A DNA stretch of 64,000 nt from Podarcis liolepis (Eukaryota). The stretch lies in NCBI GenBank assembly GCA_965112155.1, contig OZ218103.1; one strand, given 5' to 3'. Position 1 is the stretch's first letter. Each line of letters begins with the position of its first letter. This document shows, piece by piece, positions 52,797 through 64,000 of this stretch. Under the pieces are notes generated by a model that saw only the letters and a program-made list of their open reading frames with translations, was not told the origin of the DNA and did not search any database. The translations under genes were made by a program, and so were the position numbers.

Positions 52797-53119
52797 CCTG
52801 AAAAAGGACTTCCACCTGTTCATTGCAGCTTTCCCCTCGCTCCTTCTCCATGTGCCGTGCTAGGGTGGAGTCCGAAGAATTTCAGAACAGCGCATGGGCA
52901 GAGAAAGGAGCGGTTTATCTATTATGACAATGGAGAGAAAGATAACCCTCCCCACACACACCACTTTCCCAGTAAAATCCCATTGTGCCCATTAATTCTT
53001 CAAGGAAAACATAGAACAAGATATGCATCTGCATACTATGAATTGAAACCAATGGCCAGTTTGGACCCCGAGATCCTTCAACATCCCAGGAAGCCCAAGC
53101 CACTCCATGACAGGCTTAC

Positions 53120-54085
53120 CTTCAAGGTGGCTCCTAAGGACCTCAGGCCCGTCGAATGCCTCGCCAGCTTCAGCACCCGGAATATCCTCATGAGGCGAAA
53201 CACCTGCACCACCTTGCTCATGTTGCCCAGCTCCGAGTCACTCCCCGCGGTCACTTCCACCAGAAGGCTGAAGTAGAAAGGCAGCACTGAGACTATGTCA
53301 ATCAGGTTCAAGGGGTGCTTGAAGAACTTCCTCAAGTTTGGCGCCAGCAGCAAACGGGCCGTCACTTCAAAGGTGAACCAGGAGATGCAAAAGTACTCCA
53401 GGTTCTCCAGCACCATGTCGTCCTTCAGGATGCCTTCCTCATCGGGCTCCTGATACTCCGGCATGCTGTGGATGCACATGCTCGCGATGGAGGCCAACAC
53501 AACGCTGATGGACACAAAGCTGAAGAGCTTGCTTGGGATGGAGTAGCCCGGGTTCTCCATGGTGAGCCAGAGGCGCTTGCGCACATTACCGCAGCGCAGG
53601 GTGCTGTAGCGAAGCAGGTCGTGGTTGAAATCCGAGATCTCGTCTGGAGACATGTCCACACTGCTGACCTCGCTTTCTTCATCCCAGTTGTGGTGGCGGC
53701 TCTCCAGCTTCCGCTCATGGTAGCGGTAGCTGCAGCAGGAGTCCAGGAAGAATTCGTTGATGCCCCAGTACTCAATCTCTTGGCAAAAGGAGAAGACACA
53801 CAGCTCGTCCATCACATGCAGCTTGCCCGTCTGGTAGAAGTGGAGCACATAAAGGAAGAAGCCAGGGTTGCGGTCAAAGTAGAATTCCCGGGCACTCACG
53901 TCATAGTCGTCGCACAGCTGCAAGATGGACTCTTCCGAGTCGCAGGAGAGCAAGCGCCCAAGGCGAGTGTCGGGGAACTTGGAGAGGGCACTTGAGCTCA
54001 GCCTTCTTCTCAGCCCCCCAACGTTGATGTTGATGACCTCATCCTCAAAATTGGGATCCCAATAGTTTAAGGTCTTGTTGACCAT
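53120..54085 (-). CDS. KCNS1: Kv9.1 modifier subunit, main coding exon (T1/BTB domain to S4-S5 linker, 322 codons)
   Basis: Contains [35 protein letters not shown] and the S4 segment [30 protein letters not shown] is in strong Kozak context (atcATGg). Donor AAG|gtaagc at 53120/53119; acceptor tttacag| at 54113/54112. Confidence 0.95.
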
Positions 54086-54899
54086 GATCAGCAGAGCTGG
54101 GGCTAATTTGGCCTGTAAACAAGACAGTCAGAGAGAGAGAGAGATTTTATATAAGACACTGAGTTTCTGCTGAAGTACAGCAATAATCTAAAGCATATTT
54201 TGTAGTGAGTTAGAATACCCCATGCCTTGCTTGTTTTAGCAATTTGCCCTAGGTCAAGGGAGGAGAACCTGTTGCACTCCGACGGCCACTGACTTTAGGC
54301 AAGTCAGTTTGTGAAATTCATTAAAAACCTGTTTTGCCTTTGTCTTCCCTCCTTGATTCTCACTCTTATTAGTTAGTTTAAACATAACTTCAGACTTTAC
54401 TGTCCCATTTCTTGGGGGCAAGAATGATTGATGTTCTCCACTTTGTTCACATAAAACATGAGCCCTCTCAATGTCTTCATGGATATGCAGTGTGTATTGG
54501 GGGTGTTGGCACATACCCACTGTCCCTGCCCCCAGAGTGGTCATGCATGCTAGGCACCCACTCCACCCATATCTTTCTATATAGACTAGATGTGCTTAGA
54601 AGCCTCCTTCACACCTTCCTGGTCAATGCAAGAAGGTTGAGGGTGCAGCGGACAGAGACAGGAAAGCTGACAGCAGGGTCTCCTCACCCTATACACCTTG
54701 GGTGGAAGTCAATGGTGCACTCTTCCAATTATTCCATCTGCCCATGCCTTGCAGCTTGCCAGACGGAACGATCCCACCCTCATCCCCTGCACACTGTTCT
54801 GTGAGTTCTCCTGACTTCCCCAAACCAATCTTGGGGGGGGGCAGTGGGAAGAAAGGAGAGGAGAGAGGAGCGGAGAGGGAGCCTTGTTGTGCAACCAGA

Positions 54900-55350
54900 A
54901 GTTCTTGAGCAGGGCTTCCATTGACAGAGCTTCAGGTCCACATACATTCTTCTGAATGCATGAATAAGACAATAGTCTAGCTATTACAAACATATAAATA
55001 ATGTCTTGCCAATTCATTGGCAGACACCTTGCAAACCATAAGAAGAGTATCACGTCCAACTCCAGCTTATTGTGTCCTATTTGCTTTATCTTACCCCATA
55101 TCTTTAACCAATAGTCTCTTGCTTTGGACAATTTCTCCACACACAGATATAGTTTCTGCCATCCTTTCAATATTTCCAGCATACCTTGGAAATGTACCGC
55201 ATTATTTGGCAACGTGTCATCATTTCAATACCATTCTCTTGCTAATTCATTTACGGAGAGAAATAAATTGCTCTCAGGCACCAGGTACTCACAGCAGGTA
55301 TCGAACAGTAAGGAAATGCCTAAGTCATGTTCCCATTCCATCATCTATTG
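54900..55350 (-). mobile_element. Degenerate L1 ORF2 C-terminal fragment
   Basis: Encodes KARDYWLKIWGKIKQI...LELDVILFL...IIYMFVIARLL, resembling the other L1 C-termini in the window. Confidence 0.45.
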
Positions 55351-55619
55351 CTTAACTTGTTCTTCCTCACACACACAAAAACACCTAAGATGATTTTATA
55401 AATCTTTGACAGAATGTATGTTGCATTTTCAATCTGATGGCGTTTTTCCCTCTTCCAAAAATCAGTACATTCCTGCAACTGGGATCCATTTCAATATAGG
55501 TCTAAGGGAAACTAATTCACTCAGTGCATACCGTTTTTAACAAACTGCATTGAGATAACAAAATGACACGGTCGAGTGGTTGTTATCCTGCATTTTCCAC
55601 TGTGGTTTTCTGTTCACCA

Positions 55620-55780
55620 GGGGAAAGGGCTGCAGGTCAGTGGTAGAGCATCTACTTTTCATGGAGAAGGTCCCAGGATCAGTCTCTGGTATCTCTGGGA
55701 ATGCCCCATCTGAAATTCTGGAGAGCCTCTTCCAATCAGTGTAGATAATGCAAACCAAGATGGACCAATGGTCTGACAGC
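55620..55780 (+). mobile_element. Old tRNA-derived SINE of a different family (other copies ~38725-38885 +, 34000-34150 -, 58487-58600 +, 58615-58800 -, 61100-61207 +)
   Basis: Shared cagtggtagagcatc...gaaggtcccagg...ctgaaa..ctggagagc...cagtgtaga.aat...agatggacca layout across copies. Confidence 0.6.
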
Positions 55781-55881
55781 TCCCTCCCATGTCACTCTTC
55801 TTACAGTTGGGGTTGTTGTTGTTGGGGAGAGCAGACTTCTGGCCCCAGAGTGCTATTTAGTCATTGCTATTTATTGCGATG

Positions 55882-56240
55882 TGGGACGCGGGTGGCGCTG
55901 TGGGTTAAACCACAGAGCCTAGGACTTGCCGGTCAGAAGGTCGGCAGTTTGAATCCCCGTGACGGGGTGAGCTCCCGTTGCTCAGTCCCTGCTCCTGCCA
56001 ACCTAGCAGTTCGAAAGCACGCCAAAGGGCAAGTAGATAAATAGGGACCGCACCAGCGGGAAGGTAAACAGCGTTTCCATGTGCTGCTCTGGTTCACCAG
56101 AAGCGGCTTAGTCATTCTGGCCACATGACCTGGAAGCTGTCTGTGGACAAATGCCGGCTCCCTCGGCCTATAGAGCGAGATGAGCACGCAACCCTAGAGT
56201 CAGTCACAACTGCACCTAATGGTCAGGGGTCCCTTTACCT
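55882..56240 (+). mobile_element. Sauria SINE (subfamily B), full length
   Basis: Starts gggacgcgggtggcgctgtggg. 14-bp TSD tatttattgcgatg at 55868-55881 and 56241-56254. Confidence 0.92.
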
Positions 56241-56716
56241 TATTTATTGCGATGAACCCTCATGCACTATGATAAGTTCTAAGATGCCCTCTTGTTGCAC
56301 TAAGATCAATGAGAGAAATGTGCAAAAGTGTGGCAGTCTGGAAGCATCTCAACAATTCAAACCAAGATGAATAATCCGTTTCTATGGTACATGCACCATT
56401 CATCTGTATGCCCAAACCAGATGACCTCGCCCAAGAGAGGGGAGGCTGTGTAACGCACCAACTATAGCTTTGAACATGTACTGAATTTCTCGTGGATGGA
56501 AACAGTCTGTAGCTCACATCATCCAACACATTGTCTTTGTCATCAGGCAGCACTAACTCAAACAGGTTCCGATAAGCAAGTCAAAACTGAGCCTTCTCAT
56601 CCATCAAACTCCAGCTCCGTATTCAAAATAGCAGCTCCTAAACTGAGCAAAGTACAAGCAATTTTGTCTGTAAAGGAGGTGGCAAAATTCGACGCAGCAG
56701 GCAAAGGATGACTCAC

Positions 56717-56965
56717 CCGCAAAGTAAGCTTGCAACCCAGAATCACCTCACCGTAAGCTGCGCTGAGCCACCCCTCCAGATGGTATTTTGCACAGTCAAG
56801 GGGAGCGGAGAAGAAAACATTCCTTCTGTGATGCCACCCATCTTTTGGAGAACATCTATGGAATCAAACAGGCTCAGCACAAGATGAGCGTTGACTGGGA
56901 CAGCCCTTTCTCCCCCTCTCCACCACCAGTTACTCAGCTTTTATGTGAAGAAAACAGGCGTCTGC
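56717..56965 (-). other. KCNS1: Candidate upstream KCNS1 exon (5' UTR or N-terminal coding)
   Basis: Minus-strand acceptor ttctccttcttgctatgtag| at 56965. Donors acg|gtgagg (56752) and cgg|gtgagt (56717). An upstream exon is required because the main exon begins at a splice acceptor. Confidence 0.4.
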
Positions 56966-57144
56966 CTACATAGCAAGAAGGAGAATCATTTACACCATTG
57001 CTCACCTTCATCCTAATGACAACCTGACTCATCCAGAGACCAGACAATGCAAGGAAACCTGGTCCCCCAAATTCCACAATATGCACATTCTAGCTTGCTT
57101 CTCACAGCATGTAGAATTCTCAAAGCACGTAGCATTAGCAAGTA

Positions 57145-57503
57145 CAGTGGTGCCTCGCAAGACGAAAATAATCCGTTCCACGAGTCTCTTCATCTAGCGG
57201 TTTTTTCGTCTTGCGAAGCAACCCTATTAGCGGCTTAGCGGATTAGCGCTATTAGCAGTTTAGCAGTTTAGCGGTTTAGCGGCTATTAAAGGCTTAGCGG
57301 CTAAAAGGCTATTAGCGGCTTAGTGGCTTAGCGGCTTAGAAAAAGGGGGGAGCGAAAAAAATCGCAAGACTCGCAAGATGTTTTCGTCTTGCGAAGCAAG
57401 CCCATAGGGAAATTCGTCTTGCGAAGCGCATCGAAAAACGGAAAACCCTTTCGTCTAGCGGGTTTTTCGTCTTGTGAGGCATTCGTCTTGTGGGGCACCA
57501 CTG
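57145..57503. mobile_element. Tc1/mariner (Tigger-like) MITE with internal minisatellite
   Basis: TA|cagtggtgcc...ggcaccactg|TA, repeated ttcgtcttgcgaagc motifs, and (ttagcggc)n. Confidence 0.85.
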
Positions 57504-59028
57504 TAACAATATTGTGACAGATACAGGACAGAATGGCCCGTAAGTTGTTTTAAACTGTTTTTAATACTGTGTTTTAATGTGATAGCCTGCCTTGGGACCC
57601 TAGGGCAAAAAGCAGGTAATAAATTAGAAATAACAGCAACAACATCAACAACAACAGCGGTGAGCAGAGTCAAAGTAAATGTACACATATCCCGTTCAAT
57701 TCCATCCATGCACAAAACCCATTCAAACACAAACACACAAACCTTCCCTGCAGCCAGTACAGAAATAGATTGAGCAGGCAAAGTCTAAGTTACTAGCGCA
57801 GATCACAAAAATATCAAAATTCAATATCAAAATCAGTTAAACCAGTTCACAATCAGAAGCACAGGGCAGGATACATATATACACACTTAAACAAATACCC
57901 ATACATACATATATGAGATATGTGAAAAGGCAATTGTAAAGAGGTGCAATTTTGGCATACAACAAAGGCTACACAATTAGGGTGTCAGATTCACCTCTGT
58001 GGAGACGGAATTCCATAGGCTTTTCTGCCTCCCCAAACTTCCAAGGGTGGTAGAATTACCTAGAGAGCCCCCCCCCCTCTGTTAAAGACCCAAGAGGGTT
58101 TCTGGGAAGAAAGTGGTCTTTCAAATATTCTTAAATTCTGGGCTGTCACCTGCAATAAAGTTACTGTATTAGAAGCTGTTCCAAACTCTTCTTTCAACTC
58201 CTTGGACAGAAGAGTACCCCTGAAAGAACTAAAGGTAAAAACCAAAATACAACAGAGAAAACCAGTATCTACTGTTAATGTCCTGAATTTATTACAGAAA
58301 AGAACTTGCACTAGATTTATTGGGGTTGTTCCCAGTTCTACAAAAAACCCACAACCCTCTGCTTCTTCCAGGTTTCTCTGCTTGCTTCAAGATTAAGCTC
58401 AGAGGATGGAAGTTCCAACTCCTACAAGCAGACCTGCCCAAACTCATGAAAATGCTGCCTTTTCAACAACTGTTATGTTGTTGGAAAGGGGTCATAGTTC
58501 AGTAGCAGAATACGTACTTTCCATAGAGAAGGTTCCTGGAGCAACCCCGGGAACTTCCAGCTAAAAGGAGAAGGGAGAAGGTAACGAGAAAGACATTGGC
58601 CTGAGACCCAGTGTAGGAAACTACATTATACACAGTCAGATCACTGGTTCATCTAGCTCAGTACTGTCTACACGGACTAGCAGCACCTCCCCAAGGTTTC
58701 AGGCACAGCACGCTTCCAGCCCTAACTGGAGATGCTGAAGATTGAACTTGAGACTCTCTACATGCCAAGCAAATTATCTTCCACTGAGCTACAGCCCTTC
58801 ATCTAAGGAGAGACAGTGTCACTGAGAGTAAACTGTGAATAATCTAGTAAACTAGATGAAGAGAAAGTCTTGAGTTGGTGTAAGGTCGTTTCTTCAGTTG
58901 TGTTGCTGTTATCTCAGAGAAGCTGTTTGCATGTGACCAAAAAGAAAAAAGAAAAAGAAAAGATTCCAATCACAGCGATTTAAGTAGGGAAAGGCAGCTA
59001 GGATAACTCCACAGTCCTTCTAGTCTGG

Positions 59029-59398
59029 ACATGGTTGGCACTGAGGTCAAAACAACCAAGCCTCTTGGGCTTGCTGATTGGAAGGTTGGCGGTTTGAATC
59101 CCCACGACGGACCGAGCTCCCGTTGCTCTGTCCCAGCTCCTGCCAACCTAGCAGTTCGAAAGCACACCAGTGCAAGTAGATAAATAGGTACCACTGTGGC
59201 AGGAAGGTAAACGGCGTTTCTGGTTTCCGTCACGGTGTTCCGTTGCGCCAGAAGCAGCTTAGTCATGCTGGCCACATGACCTGGAAAGCTGTCTGCGGAC
59301 AAACGCCTGTTCCCTCAGCCTGAAAAGTGAGATGAGCACCACAACCCCATAGTCGCTTTTGACTGGACTAACCGTCCAGGAATCCTTTACCTTTACCT
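59029..59398 (+). mobile_element. Sauria SINE (subfamily A)
   Basis: Core and tail present. TSD ttctagtctgg at 59018-59028 and 59399-59409. Confidence 0.88.
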
Positions 59399-60039
59399 TT
59401 CTAGTCTGGTGAAAGGCACTGGTTGTTCCCTAGGCAGGATAATGCACTGCAGGCTCACTTCAAGGATGGGCTAAGAAATCCAGCTGGGACAACGCTGCAA
59501 CACTATTCTGGGCCAAGAATCTGTCTGATCTCTCATTCACTCTCACATGCAACCTGAAATAAAAAGTCACAGTGCATCCTAACCCTTAAAAGGTCTGTCC
59601 AGAGCAACAGCCAGCTATGGATGCAAGCTGAAATGAGCTCAAGCAGCTCCTGTCTCCCTCCTTCCCATTTTTCATTTTTTGTTTTTTTCAATTTGCCCCA
59701 GTTAACTAAGCATGCTCAGTTCTCATTGGGCTGTGTTTTTGGGGGGGGGAGTTGGGGGGGTTGTGTTTTTTTACTGCATTAGAACTTGCTTTCTGTTCTT
59801 TAAGATTGCACTCCAAGCATGCCAATTCCACCCTCTCACCTCACAGAGGGTCTATTTTGATCCTATCTCTGTCGGCACTCAGCACCTGCACTCCCTATTA
59901 CAGGGATTGATTTTTGTTTGTGCCACTAAAAATGTAACAAATCTGTGGCAAACTGGTATCTGAACACCCGTTAGTAACACACATTGGGTAGAGAACTGGC
60001 CCTGGCTGTGGCTCCTGGTGAGAGTACACTAATGAAGAT

Positions 60040-60735
60040 TTTGTTGTTTAGTCATTTAGTCGTGTCCGGCTCTTCGTGACCCCATGGACCAGTGCACGCC
60101 AGGCACTCCTGGCCTCCATTGCCTCCCACAGTTTGGTCAAACTCATGGGACTCTCAAGAGTCTCCTCCAGCCCCATAATTCACAAGCATCAATTCTTCGG
60201 CGATCAGCCTTCTTTATGGTCCAGCTCTCACTTCCATACATCACTACTGGGAAAACCATAACTCTAACTATACGGATTTTTGTCGGCAAGGTGATGTCTC
60301 TGCTTTTTAAGATGCTGTCTAGGTTTGTCATCACTTTTCTCCCAAGAAGCAGGCGTCTTTTAATTTCATGGCTGCTGTCACCATCTGCAGTGATTATGAA
60401 GCCCAAGAAGGTAAAATCTCTCACTGCCTCCATTTCTTCCCTGCCTATTTGCCAGGAGGTGATGGGACCAATGGCCATGATCTTAGTTTTTTTGATGTTG
60501 AGCTTCAGGCCATATTTTGCGCCCTCCTCTTTCACCCTCAGTAAAAGGTTCTTTAATTCCTCCTCACTTTCTGCTGTCAAAGTTCTGTCATCTGCATATC
60601 TGAGATGGCTGATATTTCTTCCAGCAATCTTAATTCTGGCTTGGGATTCATCCAGTCCAGCCTTTCGCATGATGTATTCTGCATATAAGTTAAATAAGCA
60701 GGGAGACAATATACAGCCTTGTCGTACTCCATTCC
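60040..60735 (-). mobile_element. Bov-B LINE fragment with RT domain end and an internal deletion
   Basis: ORF 60143-60742 encodes GVRQGCILSPCLFNLY...LRYADD...GLKLNIKKTKIM, the RT catalytic region. The 3' tail is at ~60040-60060. Confidence 0.92.
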
Positions 60736-61493
60736 AGTGCAAACGGGTTAAAAAAATAAAGGAATACTGTCATTGCAGTAGGGAAGCAAGGGGTCTCACC
60801 TCCAAATATATATATATATATTTGCAAGGCTGCTTCGGTATGTGCTCATTTTTGCAAGCACCCACAGCCAAAGCACCTGCATCTGTTTTACTCTTTATTC
60901 AATGGGCCTTACTCCCAAGAAAGCATCCACAGGACTGAAGCCCAGTTTAGATCATGACGTGTGCGTATACACAAGGAAATCTTCCTTCTTCCTAACAAAT
61001 GTCTTCTTGTGTGGCCAAAAACGGGAGGTTTCCACTGTTGATTTCCTCAAAAACCAATGGGTACCCTTTTAAAAAAATGCAGCAGTGGTAGGAGCCTAGG
61101 AAGGGTCAAAGTTCAGTGGTAGAGAGCATCTAGTTTTCACTAGGTCTGAAACCCTGGATTATCCTGAGCTAGATGGATCAGATGTATGACAAAGGCGGTT
61201 TCCTATGACGAGATCCACGAGTTTGTTAAGTATTTGAAGACTCTCCCTGCTCAAAAATTCCTTCAGACATCCAGTTTAATATTGCTCAGCTCAGTGGCTT
61301 CAAAGCAACGCTGCTGATACTTTTGTGATGCAGCGCTTCTGCCACAGCAACCCACCAACTCTGTGTGAAGGGCATCGGCTGAGATCAAGCAATATCTGTT
61401 AATTATTAAGCATCTGAGAAGGGAGCCCCTCTCCTTCAACTGGGAAGAGAGCGGTGGCATTATCATGGCTGTGCAACTGAATTTTCCAAAAGG

Positions 61494-61749
61494 GCTCCTG
61501 CCCACCTAGCAGTTCAAAAGCATGCCAAAGTGCAAGTAGATAAATAGGTACCGCTCTGGCAGGAAGGTAAACGGCATTTCTGTGCGCTGCTCTGGTTCGC
61601 CAGAAGTGGCTTAGTCATGCTGGCCACATGACCCGGAAGCTGTCTGCGGACAAACACCGGCTCCCTCGGCCTATAGAGCGAGATGAGTGCCGCAACCCCA
61701 GAGTTGTCCGTGACTGGACCTAATGGTCAGGGGTACCTTTACCTTTACT
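61494..61749 (+). mobile_element. 5'-truncated Sauria SINE (subfamily B)
   Basis: Begins at gctcctgcccacctagcagttc and ends in acctttacctttac. Confidence 0.85.
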
Positions 61750-64000
61750 AAAGAGAAGGAGGACCAAAAGCTCCAAAGACCCCACTATGATCTTGCTAAG
61801 GAAGGGAGTTGACCAATAAAATGGCATAGCGGTAAAGGATTAAAGCACCCTCTCCCCAAAAGACATTGAACTAAGTGGAAATTGCCCCCCCCCTCCATTG
61901 CTGCTTTTAAGTTTTAAAAAGACACTGAGAAATTACCACATTCCCATTCATGTGGCTTGGCCAAGTTCTGGTGAAAGAAGCCTTCGTTCATACAAAGCTT
62001 TTGCAAGGATGCTCGAAAGCATTCAAAGAGGCATCTGGGTTACACTCTCAAAACAACATCCTCCCAAATTCAAAATAAAATAAAATAAATAAAAATACTC
62101 TTTATGTTGGGGGCAGGTAGCCTTGCTTAAAAAAAATAAAAAATCTAAAGGAACATTTGCTGCTGGAACTATCCTGCTAAGGGAGAGCAGAATCTGTGAC
62201 GTATTAAAACAATTAGATTAAATCATCACAGGCTGTCACATCAGCAGCAGAGAAACTTGTTGATGGATGTGAGGAACATTGCAGGGACTGTCCATAAGAG
62301 GTCTTGCAGCAGCACAACAGCAACAAGGGCTCCGAGAAAGAGCTGCCATTTCCCAAAAAACACAATGTCTTAACAGTTTCAAGAGTGCCGGGAAATTGTG
62401 CTCTCCCTCCGGAAGATTTCTGCTTTAGAAAAAGGATGTCTGGCTCCTGAACAAATAAGCAACATCCATCACCGGGCAGAGCCCAATTGAAGGCTTCTTT
62501 AGTTGTAGCTAAAGAGGTTTCCTCCCATCACTTCTTGAAGCTATAGAACGCCACGGTGCTTATTCTGGCTGGTGAAAAGGTCCTTCGCTGTTCTCCTTGG
62601 AAGTGGCACTCTTGAAGCCCGCTGCTATACTCAGGAGCGCAATGCCATGGGTGTCTACTTAAAAGTAAGTCCAATTGAGTTCAATGGGGGCTTACTCCCA
62701 GGTAAGGTGCTGGGGTCTACACTGCTAGACTGAGCAAAGTGCATTCTGGATTAACAGATTAGCAGATGTATTTCCATCATGTCTACCTGATTAGAATTCC
62801 CGGAAGAAATCCCAGCTGGTTCTGATGGGATTACGCTCAAATAACCCAATAGAGGGGATTCATTCCTAGTATGGCAAACCCAACGCAGCTACTGTTCTGG
62901 GAAGCAAATAAAAACAATCCCTTTATGATGTTATCTTGCCACACATATACAGAGCAGAAGCCTATTTTGTTTTCAGACGGCGGGGGGTGGGGGAGGAGGC
63001 CATACAACTTGCAGAATAAGAAAGAAAAGAAAACCACCCACTTACATTTATCAAATAAAATATTGCCACTTCTAATTATTCAGAAAATAGAGAGGGGTAG
63101 AACCAGTTTTGAAAAACCAGGAACTGTAAGGAGATGATTAATAAGGAGGAAGAAATCAGATTGATGGGGCAGCTTCAGGAGACGCCAAGAGCCACAATAA
63201 ATGAGCCTGCATGTGGGCCAGTTTCCCACATGTGAAATTTAGGATTGAATTATTGGCATGTAGTCCATAAACATGGCTTGATATGGACAGCAAAACCATT
63301 AAAACAAACCAAAAACATATCCAAAACTGAGTCTTAAGCCCAAGATGTTGCATGTGCCTTCTTGTCATTTTTGTCTTGGGTCCCATCTGCACTGTACATT
63401 TAAAGCAGTATCATACCAATTTAAACATTCGGGCTTCCCCCAAAGAATCTGAAACTCCCACCTCATGGTTACAATTCCCAAAGTTCCTTGGGAAGAGGGA
63501 TTGATTGAATGTTCTGCCACTTTGGGAACCGCAGCCCTGTGAGGAATATACTCCTAGCACCCTTAATGAACTACATTTCCTAGGATTCTTGGGGGAAGGG
63601 GAGCCATGCCTATTTGATGTATCATAATAGTTTTCAATGTGTGGCACAAAAGGGTCTTAGGTTAGTATCCATTTTGGCTTCATTAGGTGTGAACAAAGTG
63701 CTTGGAAGAAGTCCTTAATCTGATTCTGAATCTGAATCTGCTCTCCATTCTGGCCAGTAAAATCCAGAAAGAATTTGGGCTAGTAACTTCAGGAAGACAC
63801 TCTTATATTTGGGTTCTCCTTCAGCAGTTAATTACCTACCACACGGTCCTTGAAGAAAGAAAAGTGTGTTGATGACTCAGGAAATTACTCGCCTGTATCT
63901 AATTTCCATTTGCGGAAAAGGTAACCAAGCATCCAGGCACCTGTAGTGTGGGTCTTTATCTTCTCCTGTATTCAGGATGGGGCAGACATCTGCCATGTAA

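Larger units (their letters stand above)
42458..53119 (-). other. KCNS1: KCNS1 GT-AG intron, 10,662 nt
   Basis: Canonical donor and acceptor preserve the reading frame between the two coding exons. Confidence 0.92.

Noticed and set aside
53315-53995. 226-aa plus-strand ORF
   Set aside because: Antisense shadow of the GC3-rich KCNS1 exon.
56873-56907. RE1/REST half-sites (tcagcac ... ggacagccc) in the candidate KCNS1 exon
   Set aside because: The ~16-nt spacer exceeds canonical (2 nt) and usual non-canonical spacing.
57145-57503. CRISPR-like spaced repeats (ttcgtcttgcgaagc)
   Set aside because: Irregular spacing inside TA-flanked TIRs in vertebrate DNA; these are MITE subterminal repeats and there are no cas genes.
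60084-60938. 284-aa plus-strand ORF
   Set aside because: Antisense of the Bov-B RT fragment, not a gene.

Overview
This is vertebrate genomic DNA, not microbial. The repeat content (Sauria SINEs of the Podarcis type, Bov-B LINEs, CR1, L1, L2 and many MITEs) points to a squamate, most likely a lacertid lizard. The window holds two convergent genes. On + are the end of the long last intron, the terminal coding exon (SARAH domain, 18051-18209) and an approximately 4 kb 3' UTR of STK4/MST1. On - is the silent K+ channel subunit KCNS1 (Kv9.1), with two coding exons (54085-53120 and 42457-42023; 466 aa) split by a 10,662 nt intron. This tail-to-tail STK4-KCNS1 arrangement matches the human locus. 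Almost all other ORFs in the track are retroelement fragments or chance ORFs. I found no evidence for a new multi-gene system. The best leads are a candidate upstream KCNS1 exon with two donors (a 39-aa N-terminal extension versus a uORF), a circularly permuted CR1 with an L1 nested inside it, a MITE built from tandem hairpins, and several informative retrotransposon junctions. Repeat family names are from recognition, not database search.
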